40,070 bases of DNA from Elusimicrobiota bacterium (GCA_037137395.1 JBAXKK010000013.1:1-40070), one strand, 5' to 3'; shown: positions 7,887 through 16,741, numbered from the stretch's first letter. The notes: generated by a model from the sequence alone, not told the origin. Numbers and translations: made by a program.

Positions 7887-8951
7887 ATGGATGGTAAATA
7901 TATTTACGGAATTGTCACTTCCGGCGCGGTGGAATTGCCGGGGGCCGGCGCGGCGCCGGATCTGGCGGGTATTTATGCCATCCCGCATCAGAACGCTTCG
8001 GCAGCAGTAAGCGACTGCGAAATGATAGATTACAGAAATATGCGTAAAGACGCCCTGGCCCTGCTGCTGGTCCGCCATCAAAAGGTGATCGAGGGCATTA
8101 TGGAACTCGGGAACGCCATTATCCCCGTTAAATTCGGGACGCTCGCCTGTTCGGACGCCGAGGTCCGGGATATTCTGGTCAAAGGGTACCGTCTGATACA
8201 GGAAATCGCCCCGAAAGTCCGGGATAAAATCGAGATAGATGTCGCCGTTACCTGGAAGGATTTCGGCTCTACGCTTAAAGAGATCGGACAGGGCAAAGAG
8301 ATAACCGAGTTGAAAAAAGCGGTTTTAAGCGCCAAAACCGTGACCGTGGAAGACCAGATGAAAGTCGGCCTCGCGGTCAAGAAAATACTGGACGATAAAA
8401 AGGATTATCATTCCGGCCTGATACAGGACGCTTTAAAAAGCCTGAGCCATGACTGCCGGGCGCATGAATTAATGGATGATCAGATGGTTATGAATTCCGC
8501 TTTTTTGATAAGCAAGGCCCGGCAGGACGAGTTTTACGCGCGCATCGAAAGCCTCAACAGCGAATTCTCCGGGAATATGAATTTCCGGTGCATCGGCCCG
8601 CTGCCCCCGTACAGTTTCTACACCATTGATATAAAGAAACTGGATTTCAAGGACCTGGAATGGGCGCGTAATCAATTGGGAGTGGCCGAGGAAGTGACGA
8701 CCAAAAGCGAGATCAAAAGACACTATCACCGCGCGGCGCACGCTTTACATCCCGACAAAAACCCGGACAAGCCCGGAATGGAAAAAGAATTCGGCAACGC
8801 CGCCAGGGCTTATAAAATCCTGGCGGACTATTGCCGGGCCGGAGAGCAGACCCGCCAAACGGACGGCGGGCAGGCGGGCCGTGAGGCGGATATTTCCTTC
8901 AACGAGGAAAAATTCAAAGAAAGCGCCATACTGGTTAAAATGACGGACTAG
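7887..8951 (+). CDS. GvpL/GvpF-family protein with a C-terminal DnaJ J-domain
   Basis: KYIYGIV, HQKVIE, IIPVKFG, NSAFLI and GPLPPYSF, followed by EIKRHYHRAAHALHPDKNPD...AYKIL with the HPD motif. Start placed at ATG 7887 after AAGGAG. Confidence 0.88.
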   Translation: MDGKYIYGIVTSGAVELPGAGAAPDLAGIYAIPHQNASAAVSDCEMIDYRNMRKDALALLLVRHQKVIEGIMELGNAIIPVKFGTLACSDAEVRDILVKGYRLIQEIAPKVRDKIEIDVAVTWKDFGSTLKEIGQGKEITELKKAVLSAKTVTVEDQMKVGLAVKKILDDKKDYHSGLIQDALKSLSHDCRAHELMDDQMVMNSAFLISKARQDEFYARIESLNSEFSGNMNFRCIGPLPPYSFYTIDIKKLDFKDLEWARNQLGVAEEVTTKSEIKRHYHRAAHALHPDKNPDKPGMEKEFGNAARAYKILADYCRAGEQTRQTDGGQAGREADISFNEEKFKESAILVKMTD

Positions 8952-8966
8952 ACTGGGACGCGAACG

Positions 8967-9740
8967 ATGATAATGAAAAAAGAAGGCCAATACGCCTATT
9001 GCATAATCGGCGCCAGGCAGGAGAGAAATTTCGGCCCCATAGGCATCAACGGCCGCGAGGTCCTGACCATCGGCTATGACGACCTGACCATGGTGGTCAG
9101 CAGTCATCCTCTGACCAGGATTAAAGCGACGGGGGACAACATGCTGGCCCACACGCGGGTCATAGAGGAAGTGATGAAGGAATTTGACGGCGTGCTCCCC
9201 GTCAGATTCGGCACCATAGCCGCCAGCGCCGACGAGGTAAGGAACCTGCTGGACCGCAGGCGCGGGGAATTCAGGATCGCCCTGCGGGACCTGGACCATA
9301 AGGTGGAACTGGGCGTTAAAGGGGCCTGGACGGACATGGAGGGGATTTTTAAGGAAATCGTGAAAGAGAACGCGGGGATCCGCAAGATGAAGGAGAAACT
9401 CCAAAACGACGCCGGCACAAAAAATATCCAGAAAAAAAACGAAACGGGCAAACTGGTGGAAGCTGCCCTGCAGAAAAAGAAAACGGATGAAGCCGATGAG
9501 ATCGTGGAGCGCCTGAGAAGGACCTCCGTCAGTTATAAGCTCAATAAGACCAGCGGCGACAATATGTTCATAAACGCCGCTTTTCTGGTGGATAAAGGCA
9601 GGGAAAAAGAATTCGACAATATCATGTGTGATTTAGGCGAAGAGTTTAAAAAACGGGTAAAGTTCCTCTATGCCGGGCCGCTGCCGGTGTTCAATTTCAT
9701 CAATATCGTGATTTATCCGGAAGAATGGGAAAAAAACTAA
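8967..9740 (+). CDS. GvpL/GvpF-family gas vesicle protein
   Basis: YAYCII, HTRVIEEVM, VLPVRFGT, NAAFLV, GPLPVFNF. Confidence 0.92.
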   Translation: MIMKKEGQYAYCIIGARQERNFGPIGINGREVLTIGYDDLTMVVSSHPLTRIKATGDNMLAHTRVIEEVMKEFDGVLPVRFGTIAASADEVRNLLDRRRGEFRIALRDLDHKVELGVKGAWTDMEGIFKEIVKENAGIRKMKEKLQNDAGTKNIQKKNETGKLVEAALQKKKTDEADEIVERLRRTSVSYKLNKTSGDNMFINAAFLVDKGREKEFDNIMCDLGEEFKKRVKFLYAGPLPVFNFINIVIYPEEWEKN

Positions 9741-9744
9741 AACT

Positions 9745-10521
9745 ATGACCACAGACGGCAGATATATATACTGCATCATCAAGGCAAATGGAACTCAAAC
9801 CTTCGGCCCGCTTGGGATCGGGGGGAGAGGCGACCAGCTTTACTCCATCGTCCACAATAATATAGCCGCTGTGGTGAGCAATTCCCCCATAACAAGCTAT
9901 CCTGTCTCAAGAGAAAACCTGATAGCCCATGAAAAGGCTATTGAAGAGGTTATGAAGGCGCATACCGTGCTGCCGGTCCGGTTCTGCACCATCGCCGGAA
10001 GCGATGAGAAAGTTAAGGGGATACTGGAGACCGCGCACGATAAATTTTATGATTTATTGGGCGTCATGGCCGGCAAAAAAGAGTTGGGGTTAAAAGCCGT
10101 ATTCCCCGTTAAAGGCGCGCAAGCGGGCGGGAAAGGGGACATTTACGGGCATATTCTGGAGAAACACGCGGACATAAGGGCTTTGAAAGAAAAAATAGCC
10201 GCGCTGCCCGTTAACCAGACCCATGCCCAGCGCATGGCAATAGGCGAGATGGTTGAGGCCGCCCTTGAACAGGAAAAAGAGCTCTGCAAAAATGATATTT
10301 TAGCCGTTCTGTCGCCCCTGGCCGCGGAAGTAAAAGTCAACAGTAATTACGGAGAGTTGATGATCTTGAGCGCCGCGTTCCTGGTTGAGTATAATAAAGA
10401 AGCCTACTTTGATAAACTGGTGGAGCAGCTGGACGCGAAATACGGCAACAGGATTAAATTTAAATATGTGGGGACCTTGCCGCCGTTCAATTTTGTGAAT
10501 CTGGTTATAAACACGGATTAA
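9745..10521 (+). CDS. gvpF: GvpL/GvpF-family gas vesicle protein (GvpF-like, upstream of gvpG)
   Basis: GRYIYCII, HEKAIEEVM, VLPVRFCT, SAAFLV, LPPFNFV. Confidence 0.85.
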   Translation: MTTDGRYIYCIIKANGTQTFGPLGIGGRGDQLYSIVHNNIAAVVSNSPITSYPVSRENLIAHEKAIEEVMKAHTVLPVRFCTIAGSDEKVKGILETAHDKFYDLLGVMAGKKELGLKAVFPVKGAQAGGKGDIYGHILEKHADIRALKEKIAALPVNQTHAQRMAIGEMVEAALEQEKELCKNDILAVLSPLAAEVKVNSNYGELMILSAAFLVEYNKEAYFDKLVEQLDAKYGNRIKFKYVGTLPPFNFVNLVINTD

Positions 10522-10537
10522 GCGGCTGCATAGGTCG

Positions 10538-10665
10538 TTTAGGCTGTAGGCTGTTAGGCTGTAGGGTAAAGACGCCGATTGAAAAAAGTTGTCATCCCGG
10601 CAATCAAAGCCGCTTGTCCACCATCTACCCTCCGGTGTTTGGCGGGTAGTGGTGGAGGAGCCATA
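10538..10665. repeat. TAGGCTG tandem units plus a REP-like half site and hairpin
   Basis: tttaggctgtaggctgttaggctgtagg, then aaaaagttgtcatccc and the hairpin ccaccatctaccc...gggtagtggtgg. The layout resembles 1742-1815. Confidence 0.65.
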
Positions 10666-10688
10666 AAGCAGGATCCAAGGTAATAAAA

Positions 10689-10928
10689 ATGTTCTTGATA
10701 GACAATATCCTGCTCTCGCACCTGAACGGCCTTCTTTGGCTGGGCAATAAAATCGACGAGATGTATGTAAAAGAGATATCCGATGAGGGGCGCGTGATGG
10801 AAAACCTTATGGCGCTGCAGCTCCAGTTTGAACTGGATGAAATAACCGAAACGGAATACAGCGCGCGGGAAAAAGACATTTTAGCGCAGCTGGAAGCCAT
10901 CAGAAAAATGAAGGAAGAGGAGAGATAA
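10689..10928 (+). CDS. gvpG: Gas vesicle protein GvpG
   Basis: MFLID.ILL...GL.WL..KI...L..LQLQFELDEITE.EY..RE..IL..L pattern. Confidence 0.88.
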   Translation: MFLIDNILLSHLNGLLWLGNKIDEMYVKEISDEGRVMENLMALQLQFELDEITETEYSAREKDILAQLEAIRKMKEEER

Positions 10929-10929
10929 A

Positions 10930-11187
10930 ATGCCCAATATCGAAGAAGCCGGGAAAGCGGCCGGCGAATTCCTGAAGAAAACTCTTAAGGTAAAAGAAAC
11001 AAAGGTTATCAAGGCGGTTAAAGCGGGGACCGGTTGGGAAGTGGAATCGGAGGTCTATGAGGAAAGCTCCCTTATGAAATCCCTCGGACTTCCCGTGAAA
11101 GTCCAGGATAGGAATGTATACACCGTCAAGCTCAGCGACGGCCTGGAGATAGAATCTTACATGCGCGGGCAGTCGTCCGCGGATTAG
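10930..11187 (+). CDS. gvpO: GvpO-like gas vesicle protein
   Basis: GWEVESEVYEE...YTVKL..GLEIESY pattern. Confidence 0.7.
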   Translation: MPNIEEAGKAAGEFLKKTLKVKETKVIKAVKAGTGWEVESEVYEESSLMKSLGLPVKVQDRNVYTVKLSDGLEIESYMRGQSSAD

Positions 11188-11196
11188 GGATCCATA

Positions 11197-12006
11197 ATGC
11201 AGGGTCTATATCTTTATTGCCTCAGGGAAAAAACCGGGAATCCGCCTGGGATGTCCGTAAAGGGCATTGACGGCGCGGGGGATATTTTTGTTATCCCATA
11301 TAAAGATCTGGAGGCGGTGGTAAGCAGGGTTTCATTGGAGGAGTTCGGTTCTGAGGAAATACAGAAAAAATCGCAGGATGATCTGAAATGGATCAGGGAA
11401 AAAGCCCTCGCCCATGAGAAAGTTATAGAGGGTGCGATGAAAAGCGGGGATAAGGTTTTAAGTGTGATTCCCATGCGCTTCGGGACAATTTACAAAGAAG
11501 CGGCGGGTTTGGAGGAAGCCCTGGGTAACGGCTACGCAAAGGCCGGGGAAAACCTGGATAAAATCCGCGGGAAACGGGAATGGTCCGTAAAGATGTACCT
11601 GAAAAACGTGTGGGAATTCGAACAGGTTGTAAAAGATAAAAACGGGGCGATAAAAGAGAAAGAAAAGGAAATGGCGGCTTTATCCGAGGGAATGGCGTTT
11701 TTTATGGAAGAAGAGTTGAGGGAGCTTGTGCGCAAGGAAGCCGATATCGAAGTGAATAATCTCGCGGATGAGGTTTTTGAAACTCTCGGCAAGCTGTCGG
11801 CAGCGTGTGTCAGAAGCAAGATCCTGGGGAAAGAATTAACCGGGAAGCCTGAACCCATGATTTTAAACGCCGCCTGCCTGGTTCCGGAGGAGAAAACCGG
11901 AACCTTTAAGCGGGAAATTGAAAACCTGAATCAAAAATTGACGGTAAAAGGGTTGTACCTTGAATGCGGCGGCCCCTGGCCCGCGTATAATTTTGTTTCT
12001 TTTTAA
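11197..12006 (+). CDS. gvpL: GvpL/GvpF-family gas vesicle protein (GvpL-like)
   Basis: GLYLYCL, WIREKALAHEKVI, VIPMRFGTIY, EWSVKMY, ILNAACLV, GPWPAYNF. Confidence 0.88.
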   Translation: MQGLYLYCLREKTGNPPGMSVKGIDGAGDIFVIPYKDLEAVVSRVSLEEFGSEEIQKKSQDDLKWIREKALAHEKVIEGAMKSGDKVLSVIPMRFGTIYKEAAGLEEALGNGYAKAGENLDKIRGKREWSVKMYLKNVWEFEQVVKDKNGAIKEKEKEMAALSEGMAFFMEEELRELVRKEADIEVNNLADEVFETLGKLSAACVRSKILGKELTGKPEPMILNAACLVPEEKTGTFKREIENLNQKLTVKGLYLECGGPWPAYNFVSF

Positions 12007-12010
12007 CGTT

Positions 12011-12565
12011 ATGATCGACAAATCAAAGAGCCTGATAAATAAAAATGAGCGCGTGACACTGGTGGACGCGCTGGATAAGGTCTTGGAGAAAGGCGCGGTC
12101 ATCAACGGCGATATAGTGTTGAGAGTGGCGGATGTGGACCTTGTGTTTCTGGGGCTGAGGCTCATTTTAACCTCCGTTTCCAAGGCGGAGGAATTATCCG
12201 GCAGAAATTTAAGCGACCGGAACAGGGGATTTACTCCCGAGGATACTGCCTACATCCAGAAACTGCAAACGGAAATAAGAAGAGCCGAGGAGAATATCCC
12301 CAAGCTTATCGACCTCGGCAGTCCCAAAAAAACGGAGCAGGGCTTGGCTAAACTGATCCTGACCCTGGTTGAACTGATAAGAAGGCTTATGGAGAAGGAG
12401 GCCTTCCGGAGGGTGAAAAAGGGCACCCTTTCCAAAGCGGAAGTCCAGAAACTGGGTTTAAGTCTTAAGGCGGTAAAGAAAAAAATAAAGGAAATTCAGG
12501 CGATCTTCGGCATCGCGGATGAGGACCTGAATCTGGACCTGGGGCCTTTAGGGAATTTAATGTAA
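12011..12565 (+). CDS. gvpK: Fusion of a GvpA-family (GvpS/J/M-like) domain and GvpK
   Basis: N-terminal TLVDALDKVLEKGAVINGDIVLRVADVDLVFLGLRLILTSV; C-terminal GLAKLILTLVELIRRLMEKEA...DLNLDLGPLG. ATG 12011 lies just after the upstream stop. Confidence 0.88.
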   Translation: MIDKSKSLINKNERVTLVDALDKVLEKGAVINGDIVLRVADVDLVFLGLRLILTSVSKAEELSGRNLSDRNRGFTPEDTAYIQKLQTEIRRAEENIPKLIDLGSPKKTEQGLAKLILTLVELIRRLMEKEAFRRVKKGTLSKAEVQKLGLSLKAVKKKIKEIQAIFGIADEDLNLDLGPLGNLM

Positions 12566-12572
12566 GGAAAAC

Positions 12573-12851
12573 ATGGAAAAAGAAGAATTGGGAATAAGCT
12601 GCCCGACATTTTTGAGACAGGAAACGGTAATTAAGGATATTACCGAGGAGATTAATCAGGCTAAAGGAGCGCGTGAAAAGACGCCATTTGCCGAAGAATT
12701 ACAGAAAGCGGCGGAGATGCTTTTGACTTGCGCGGATTATGACGATAAAAATTTGGACTGCAAGAATTGCCGCTTTATCACGAATTTGCGCAAGAGGACA
12801 ACTGCTTTAATTATAAAAGCTAAAAATTGGCAAAAGGGAAGAGGGGAATAG
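12573..12851 (+). CDS. Small hypothetical protein with Cys motifs
   Basis: AAGGA RBS, tightly packed in the operon, motif C...C.......CKNC. Confidence 0.65.
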   Translation: MEKEELGISCPTFLRQETVIKDITEEINQAKGAREKTPFAEELQKAAEMLLTCADYDDKNLDCKNCRFITNLRKRTTALIIKAKNWQKGRGE

Positions 12852-12852
12852 T

Positions 12853-13158
12853 ATGTCCGAACAAAAAATGATGCACGCCACCAACGCCACCAACCTGGCG
12901 GATATCCTGGAACGGGTGCTGGAAAAGGGCATTGTGATAGCCGGGGATATCAAAATTCAGATCGCCGATATTGACCTGCTCACTATCAAGATAAGACTTT
13001 TGGTTTGTTCCGTGGACAGGGCTATGGAGATGGGCATAAACTGGTGGGAAACCGACAGTTTCCTTTCCTCAAAAGCGAAAGAGGCCGAGATGGAAAAGGA
13101 AAACACGGAGATGAAAAAGCGGCTGGAGAAATTGGAGCAAAAAGTTAAGGCCGCGTAA
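12853..13158 (+). CDS. gvpJ: Gas vesicle protein GvpJ (GvpA family)
   Basis: LADILERVLEKGIVIAGDI...LLTIKIRLLVCSVDRAMEMGINWWETDSFLS followed by a coiled-coil tail. Confidence 0.9.
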   Translation: MSEQKMMHATNATNLADILERVLEKGIVIAGDIKIQIADIDLLTIKIRLLVCSVDRAMEMGINWWETDSFLSSKAKEAEMEKENTEMKKRLEKLEQKVKAA

Positions 13159-13169
13159 TTAACGTAAAT

Positions 13170-13415
13170 ATGGAAATTAACGGTATTGCGAAAATTGCCA
13201 AAGCGGAACTGGTTCAGCTTACCGGCTTCAGTGCTCCCGCCGCGATAGGGATAAACAAAGAAGCGGAGACCTGGCACATCACCGTAGAGATAATCGAGAA
13301 GCCCTCCAAAGCGGCCAACCTCGACCTTCTCGGAGTTTATGATGTCAGGATTGACGCTTCCGGAAAACTTCTCGGGTATGAGAGAATAAGAACGAGAAAA
13401 CGGTGTGAGAATTAA
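13170..13415 (+). CDS. gvpO: Gas vesicle protein GvpO/GvpR family
   Basis: WHITVEIIE...DLLGVYDVRIDASGKLLGYERIR. Confidence 0.82.
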   Translation: MEINGIAKIAKAELVQLTGFSAPAAIGINKEAETWHITVEIIEKPSKAANLDLLGVYDVRIDASGKLLGYERIRTRKRCEN

Positions 13416-13433
13416 AGTAACGACTCGGGCATT

Positions 13434-13512
13434 CAGGCTGAAGGCTGTAGTCTATTAGGCTGTTAGTCAAAATCTGCCCCGACAGTCTAACTGACTGCGG
13501 CCTGTTCACCTG
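13434..13512. repeat. AGGCTG tandem units forming an imperfect hairpin after the last gvp gene
   Basis: caggctgaaggctgtagtctattaggctgt pairs with acagtctaactgactgcggcctgttcacctg. Confidence 0.6.
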
Positions 13513-13540
13513 AGCAGGTGCGATTTTAAAAGGATAAATA

Positions 13541-14221
13541 ATGCGAACTCTGATCTATGTGCCGGTTATCCATTCAAGCGCCGACCTGGGATCTTTGGCG
13601 AAAGAGGTGACCAAAAGAGGCATGGCTGATTTTGGGCCGGAATTCTGGGCAGCGCATGAGCGTACGATCCTGGCCTTCTGGGACGCGATAATCAAGCACT
13701 TTAATACGGTAGATGTGTCCGGCTTCAGGCTATATCAGGACGGGATGATAACGGACGGCGAGGTTGCGCAGAAAATAGTGGAGGAAGGGGTGAAGGCGGG
13801 CAGCAAAAACTACGAATTAGTCTCGGAGCTCCTGAAAAAAGGGGCGGTATTGATCAAAACGGAAGATTTCGGCCTGGTCAAAGAAGAGCGCGACCGGATG
13901 CTCAGGATAACGCAGGCCAAGACCCTGCCGGCCAAACTGTTCGGTTTTGTGATGTACAAGATCAGCAAAAACAAACTCCTGAACAAACGGGACGAATTTA
14001 TCGCCAGAAGGATATGGGAGACGCTGTGCGACGGGCAAACCGGGATTATTTTTGTCGGAGCGTATCATAATATCAAAAAACGGCTGCCCGCGGACATCCG
14101 GATCGTGGAAGTAAAGGACGCGGACAAGATAAGGGAATATCAGGCCCTGCTGCCCTTTTATCACAGGCGCAAAGAACGCTTCGCCGAACTCGCTAGCTAC
14201 CTGGCCGCAGAAATAAAATGA
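13541..14221 (+). CDS. Uncharacterised protein, TraB/Tiki/GumN-like motif pattern
   Basis: LIYVPVIH, LYQDG, TED, RDEFIARRI, FVGAYH. Paralog of 16112 and 21627. Confidence 0.6.
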   Translation: MRTLIYVPVIHSSADLGSLAKEVTKRGMADFGPEFWAAHERTILAFWDAIIKHFNTVDVSGFRLYQDGMITDGEVAQKIVEEGVKAGSKNYELVSELLKKGAVLIKTEDFGLVKEERDRMLRITQAKTLPAKLFGFVMYKISKNKLLNKRDEFIARRIWETLCDGQTGIIFVGAYHNIKKRLPADIRIVEVKDADKIREYQALLPFYHRRKERFAELASYLAAEIK

Positions 14222-16119
14222 AAATGAAAAGGGTTGTTCCTCACCAACAGGTGCAAGAAGCGGTGGCGCAGACGGCCAAAGAATGGGCGACGATATTTGA
14301 TGCCATTTCCGACTTAGTGTCCCTGCATGACAGGAATTTCAGGCTCATCAGGGTGAATAAGGCATTCGCCGCTGCATTCAAGAAGAGGCCGGAAGAGCTG
14401 GTTGGCAGAAAGTGCTATGCCGTCATTCATGGCTCAAAAAAGCCGCCTAAGAACTGTCCCCACTCCAAAGTTCTGCAGACCGAAAGCCCCACGCAGATGG
14501 AGTTGTTTGAACCACATTTGGGATGCACTCTGGATGTGTCCGCTTCGCCTATTTTCGATCAGAGAGGAAAGCTGACCGGTTCAGTCCATATCGTCAAAGA
14601 TATTACCGCACGCAGGAGGGCGGAGGATGCCCTGGCCGATGAAAAGGAATGGCTGGCTGTCACATTGCGCAACATCGGCGACGGCGTCATCGCCACGGAT
14701 ATCGACGGCCATGTTATTCTGCTCAACAAGGTGTCGGAAAAGTTGACTGGCTGGAGTCAGGAGGAAGCTCGCGGAAAACCTTTCCGAGAGGTTTTCAACA
14801 TCATCAACGAGGAAACCGGGAAGGTTTGCGAAAACCCCATAGGCAGGGTGTTGGAGAAAGGCACGATCGTGGGGCTTGCCAACCATACCGCGCTCATCGC
14901 CAGGGACGGAACACAGAGGAGCATCGCCGACAGCGCGGCGCCTATTCGGGACAGATACGGAAAAACCATCGGCGTGATTCTGGTGTTCCGGGATGTCACT
15001 GAGCAAGGGAAGACTGCGGAGGCGCTCTTGTTCAAGACCATCCTCCTGGAAACCCAGTTGGAAACATCCATTGACGGAATACTGGTCATAGATAACAAAG
15101 GATATTCCATTCTTTCCAATAAGCGTTTCGGCGAAATATGGAAGATACCTCAAGGTATTCTGGATACAAAAGACGATAAAACGATGCTGGAATACGTTTT
15201 AAAACAACTAAAGGATCCAGTGGAATTCAACCGCAAAGTCGCATATTGTTACGAACACAAAGACGAAGAGAATAGGGACGAAATAGAATTTGCCGACGGG
15301 AGATGTATTGACAGATACTCCTCGCCTTTAATAAGTGCCGACGGGAAATACCACGGCAGAATCTGGTATTTCCGCGACATTACCGCGCGCAAGGAGATGG
15401 AAAACCAGCTGGTGGCGTCGGAAAAAATAGCCGCCATAGGCCATTTTGTCACCGGCACCGCGCATGAACTCAACAATCCGCTCGCCACTATGATCTCATT
15501 CTCCGAGACTATGCTGGGGAAATTGAAGGGCGCGAAGGGGGACGCGGGCAAATTGCGGGAATCGGCCGAGATCGTGCTGCGCAACGCGATCCGCTGCGAA
15601 GCTATCGTTACCAGCCTTATGTCATACGGCAGGACGCAGGCGTCGCAATTTATATTGTTGGATGTCAATGAGGTGATAGATAAGTCCCTGACCCTCGCCG
15701 AGAGCTATTGCCGCCTGGAGGGAATAAATATCCATAAGGGTTATTCGGCCGGTCTGCCGCCGGTAACGGGCAACAAAGAACAACTGACGCAGGTGTTCAC
15801 TAATATCATCCGTAACGCCGTTCAGGCCATGAAGAGCCGCGGGGAACTACGAATTGAAACAAAAGCCGAAGGTAAAACCGTGAGCGTAGTATTCACTGAT
15901 TCTGGTGAGGGCATAGCCCCGGACAAGTTGCCCAAGCTCTTTTATCCCTTTTTTACCACGCGCGAGCCGGGGCAGGGCACGGGACTCGGGCTCTCTGTCT
16001 CCGCCGGCATCATAAGGGCGCATAACGGCAAAATAACGGCGGCAAGCCCCGGCAAGGGAAAAGGGGCCTCATTCACGGTGAGCCTGCCGATCACCGCGGA
16101 GGATGTGAAGCATGGCTGA
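14218..16119 (+). CDS. Cytoplasmic multi-PAS sensor histidine kinase
   Basis: Three PAS/PAC repeats, H-box AHELNNPL, N-box NAVQA, DSGEGI, FFTT, GTGLGL. No transmembrane segment. Confidence 0.93.
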   Translation: MKMKRVVPHQQVQEAVAQTAKEWATIFDAISDLVSLHDRNFRLIRVNKAFAAAFKKRPEELVGRKCYAVIHGSKKPPKNCPHSKVLQTESPTQMELFEPHLGCTLDVSASPIFDQRGKLTGSVHIVKDITARRRAEDALADEKEWLAVTLRNIGDGVIATDIDGHVILLNKVSEKLTGWSQEEARGKPFREVFNIINEETGKVCENPIGRVLEKGTIVGLANHTALIARDGTQRSIADSAAPIRDRYGKTIGVILVFRDVTEQGKTAEALLFKTILLETQLETSIDGILVIDNKGYSILSNKRFGEIWKIPQGILDTKDDKTMLEYVLKQLKDPVEFNRKVAYCYEHKDEENRDEIEFADGRCIDRYSSPLISADGKYHGRIWYFRDITARKEMENQLVASEKIAAIGHFVTGTAHELNNPLATMISFSETMLGKLKGAKGDAGKLRESAEIVLRNAIRCEAIVTSLMSYGRTQASQFILLDVNEVIDKSLTLAESYCRLEGINIHKGYSAGLPPVTGNKEQLTQVFTNIIRNAVQAMKSRGELRIETKAEGKTVSVVFTDSGEGIAPDKLPKLFYPFFTTREPGQGTGLGLSVSAGIIRAHNGKITAASPGKGKGASFTVSLPITAEDVKHG

Positions 16120-16741
16120 AACTAAAGGATTGATTTATGTGCCTATCCTGCACACCCAGCGCGAGGCCGCAGCTATAGGCGGCGCCATAAAAGACTGCGC
16201 GCCCGCCGACGGCAAAAATACCCGGCCGCCGGAGCGGCAGGAATCCATCACGGATATGTGGGGCGGCATAGCGTGCAAGCTTACTGAGACCAATATCCCG
16301 TGCCGGTCCTTCCGGATATACCAGGACGCGCTGCCGGTGTGCGGCATGGAGCGGTCCATAGTGGAGAAGCTGGCCGCCAAGGACAGCCCCAATCACCGGC
16401 TGGTCCTGGAACTGCTGGGCAGGGACGCGCGCCTTGAAGGGACCGAAGACCCGGATCTGCTGGTGGCGGAATACGACGCCCTGAGCAAGCTGCTGCAAGG
16501 TACAGGGCTAAAAGACGATCCCGCCGCTTTAGCGCTGTACAGGGCTGAAAGCAACCGGTTGATGGAGAAGCGGGACGCTTTTATAGCCGGAAGGATCCGC
16601 TCCACCATCCGGCCGGGCGAGACGCCGCTGGTGTTTATGGGCGTGCGCCATAAGCTTGAAAAGCTGCTTGAGGCCGATTTTGTCGTGGCTTACATCATCT
16701 ACAGGCTGCCGTTTAAAAAGGTCCGGGATATTTATACATAA
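16112..16741 (+). CDS. Uncharacterised TraB/Tiki-like protein (paralog of 13541)
   Basis: LIYVPILH, IYQDA, TED, RDAFIAGRI, FMGVRH. Overlaps the kinase stop. Confidence 0.65.
   Translation: MAETKGLIYVPILHTQREAAAIGGAIKDCAPADGKNTRPPERQESITDMWGGIACKLTETNIPCRSFRIYQDALPVCGMERSIVEKLAAKDSPNHRLVLELLGRDARLEGTEDPDLLVAEYDALSKLLQGTGLKDDPAALALYRAESNRLMEKRDAFIAGRIRSTIRPGETPLVFMGVRHKLEKLLEADFVVAYIIYRLPFKKVRDIYT

Noticed and set aside
11960..12010. Longer N-terminus for the GvpK fusion as given in the ORF track
   Set aside because: It overlaps the gvpL 3' end by 47 nt. ATG 12011, right after the stop, fits better.
3512..13512. CRISPR array from the short repeats
   Set aside because: The units are 7-8 nt, there are no regular unique spacers, and no cas genes are present.
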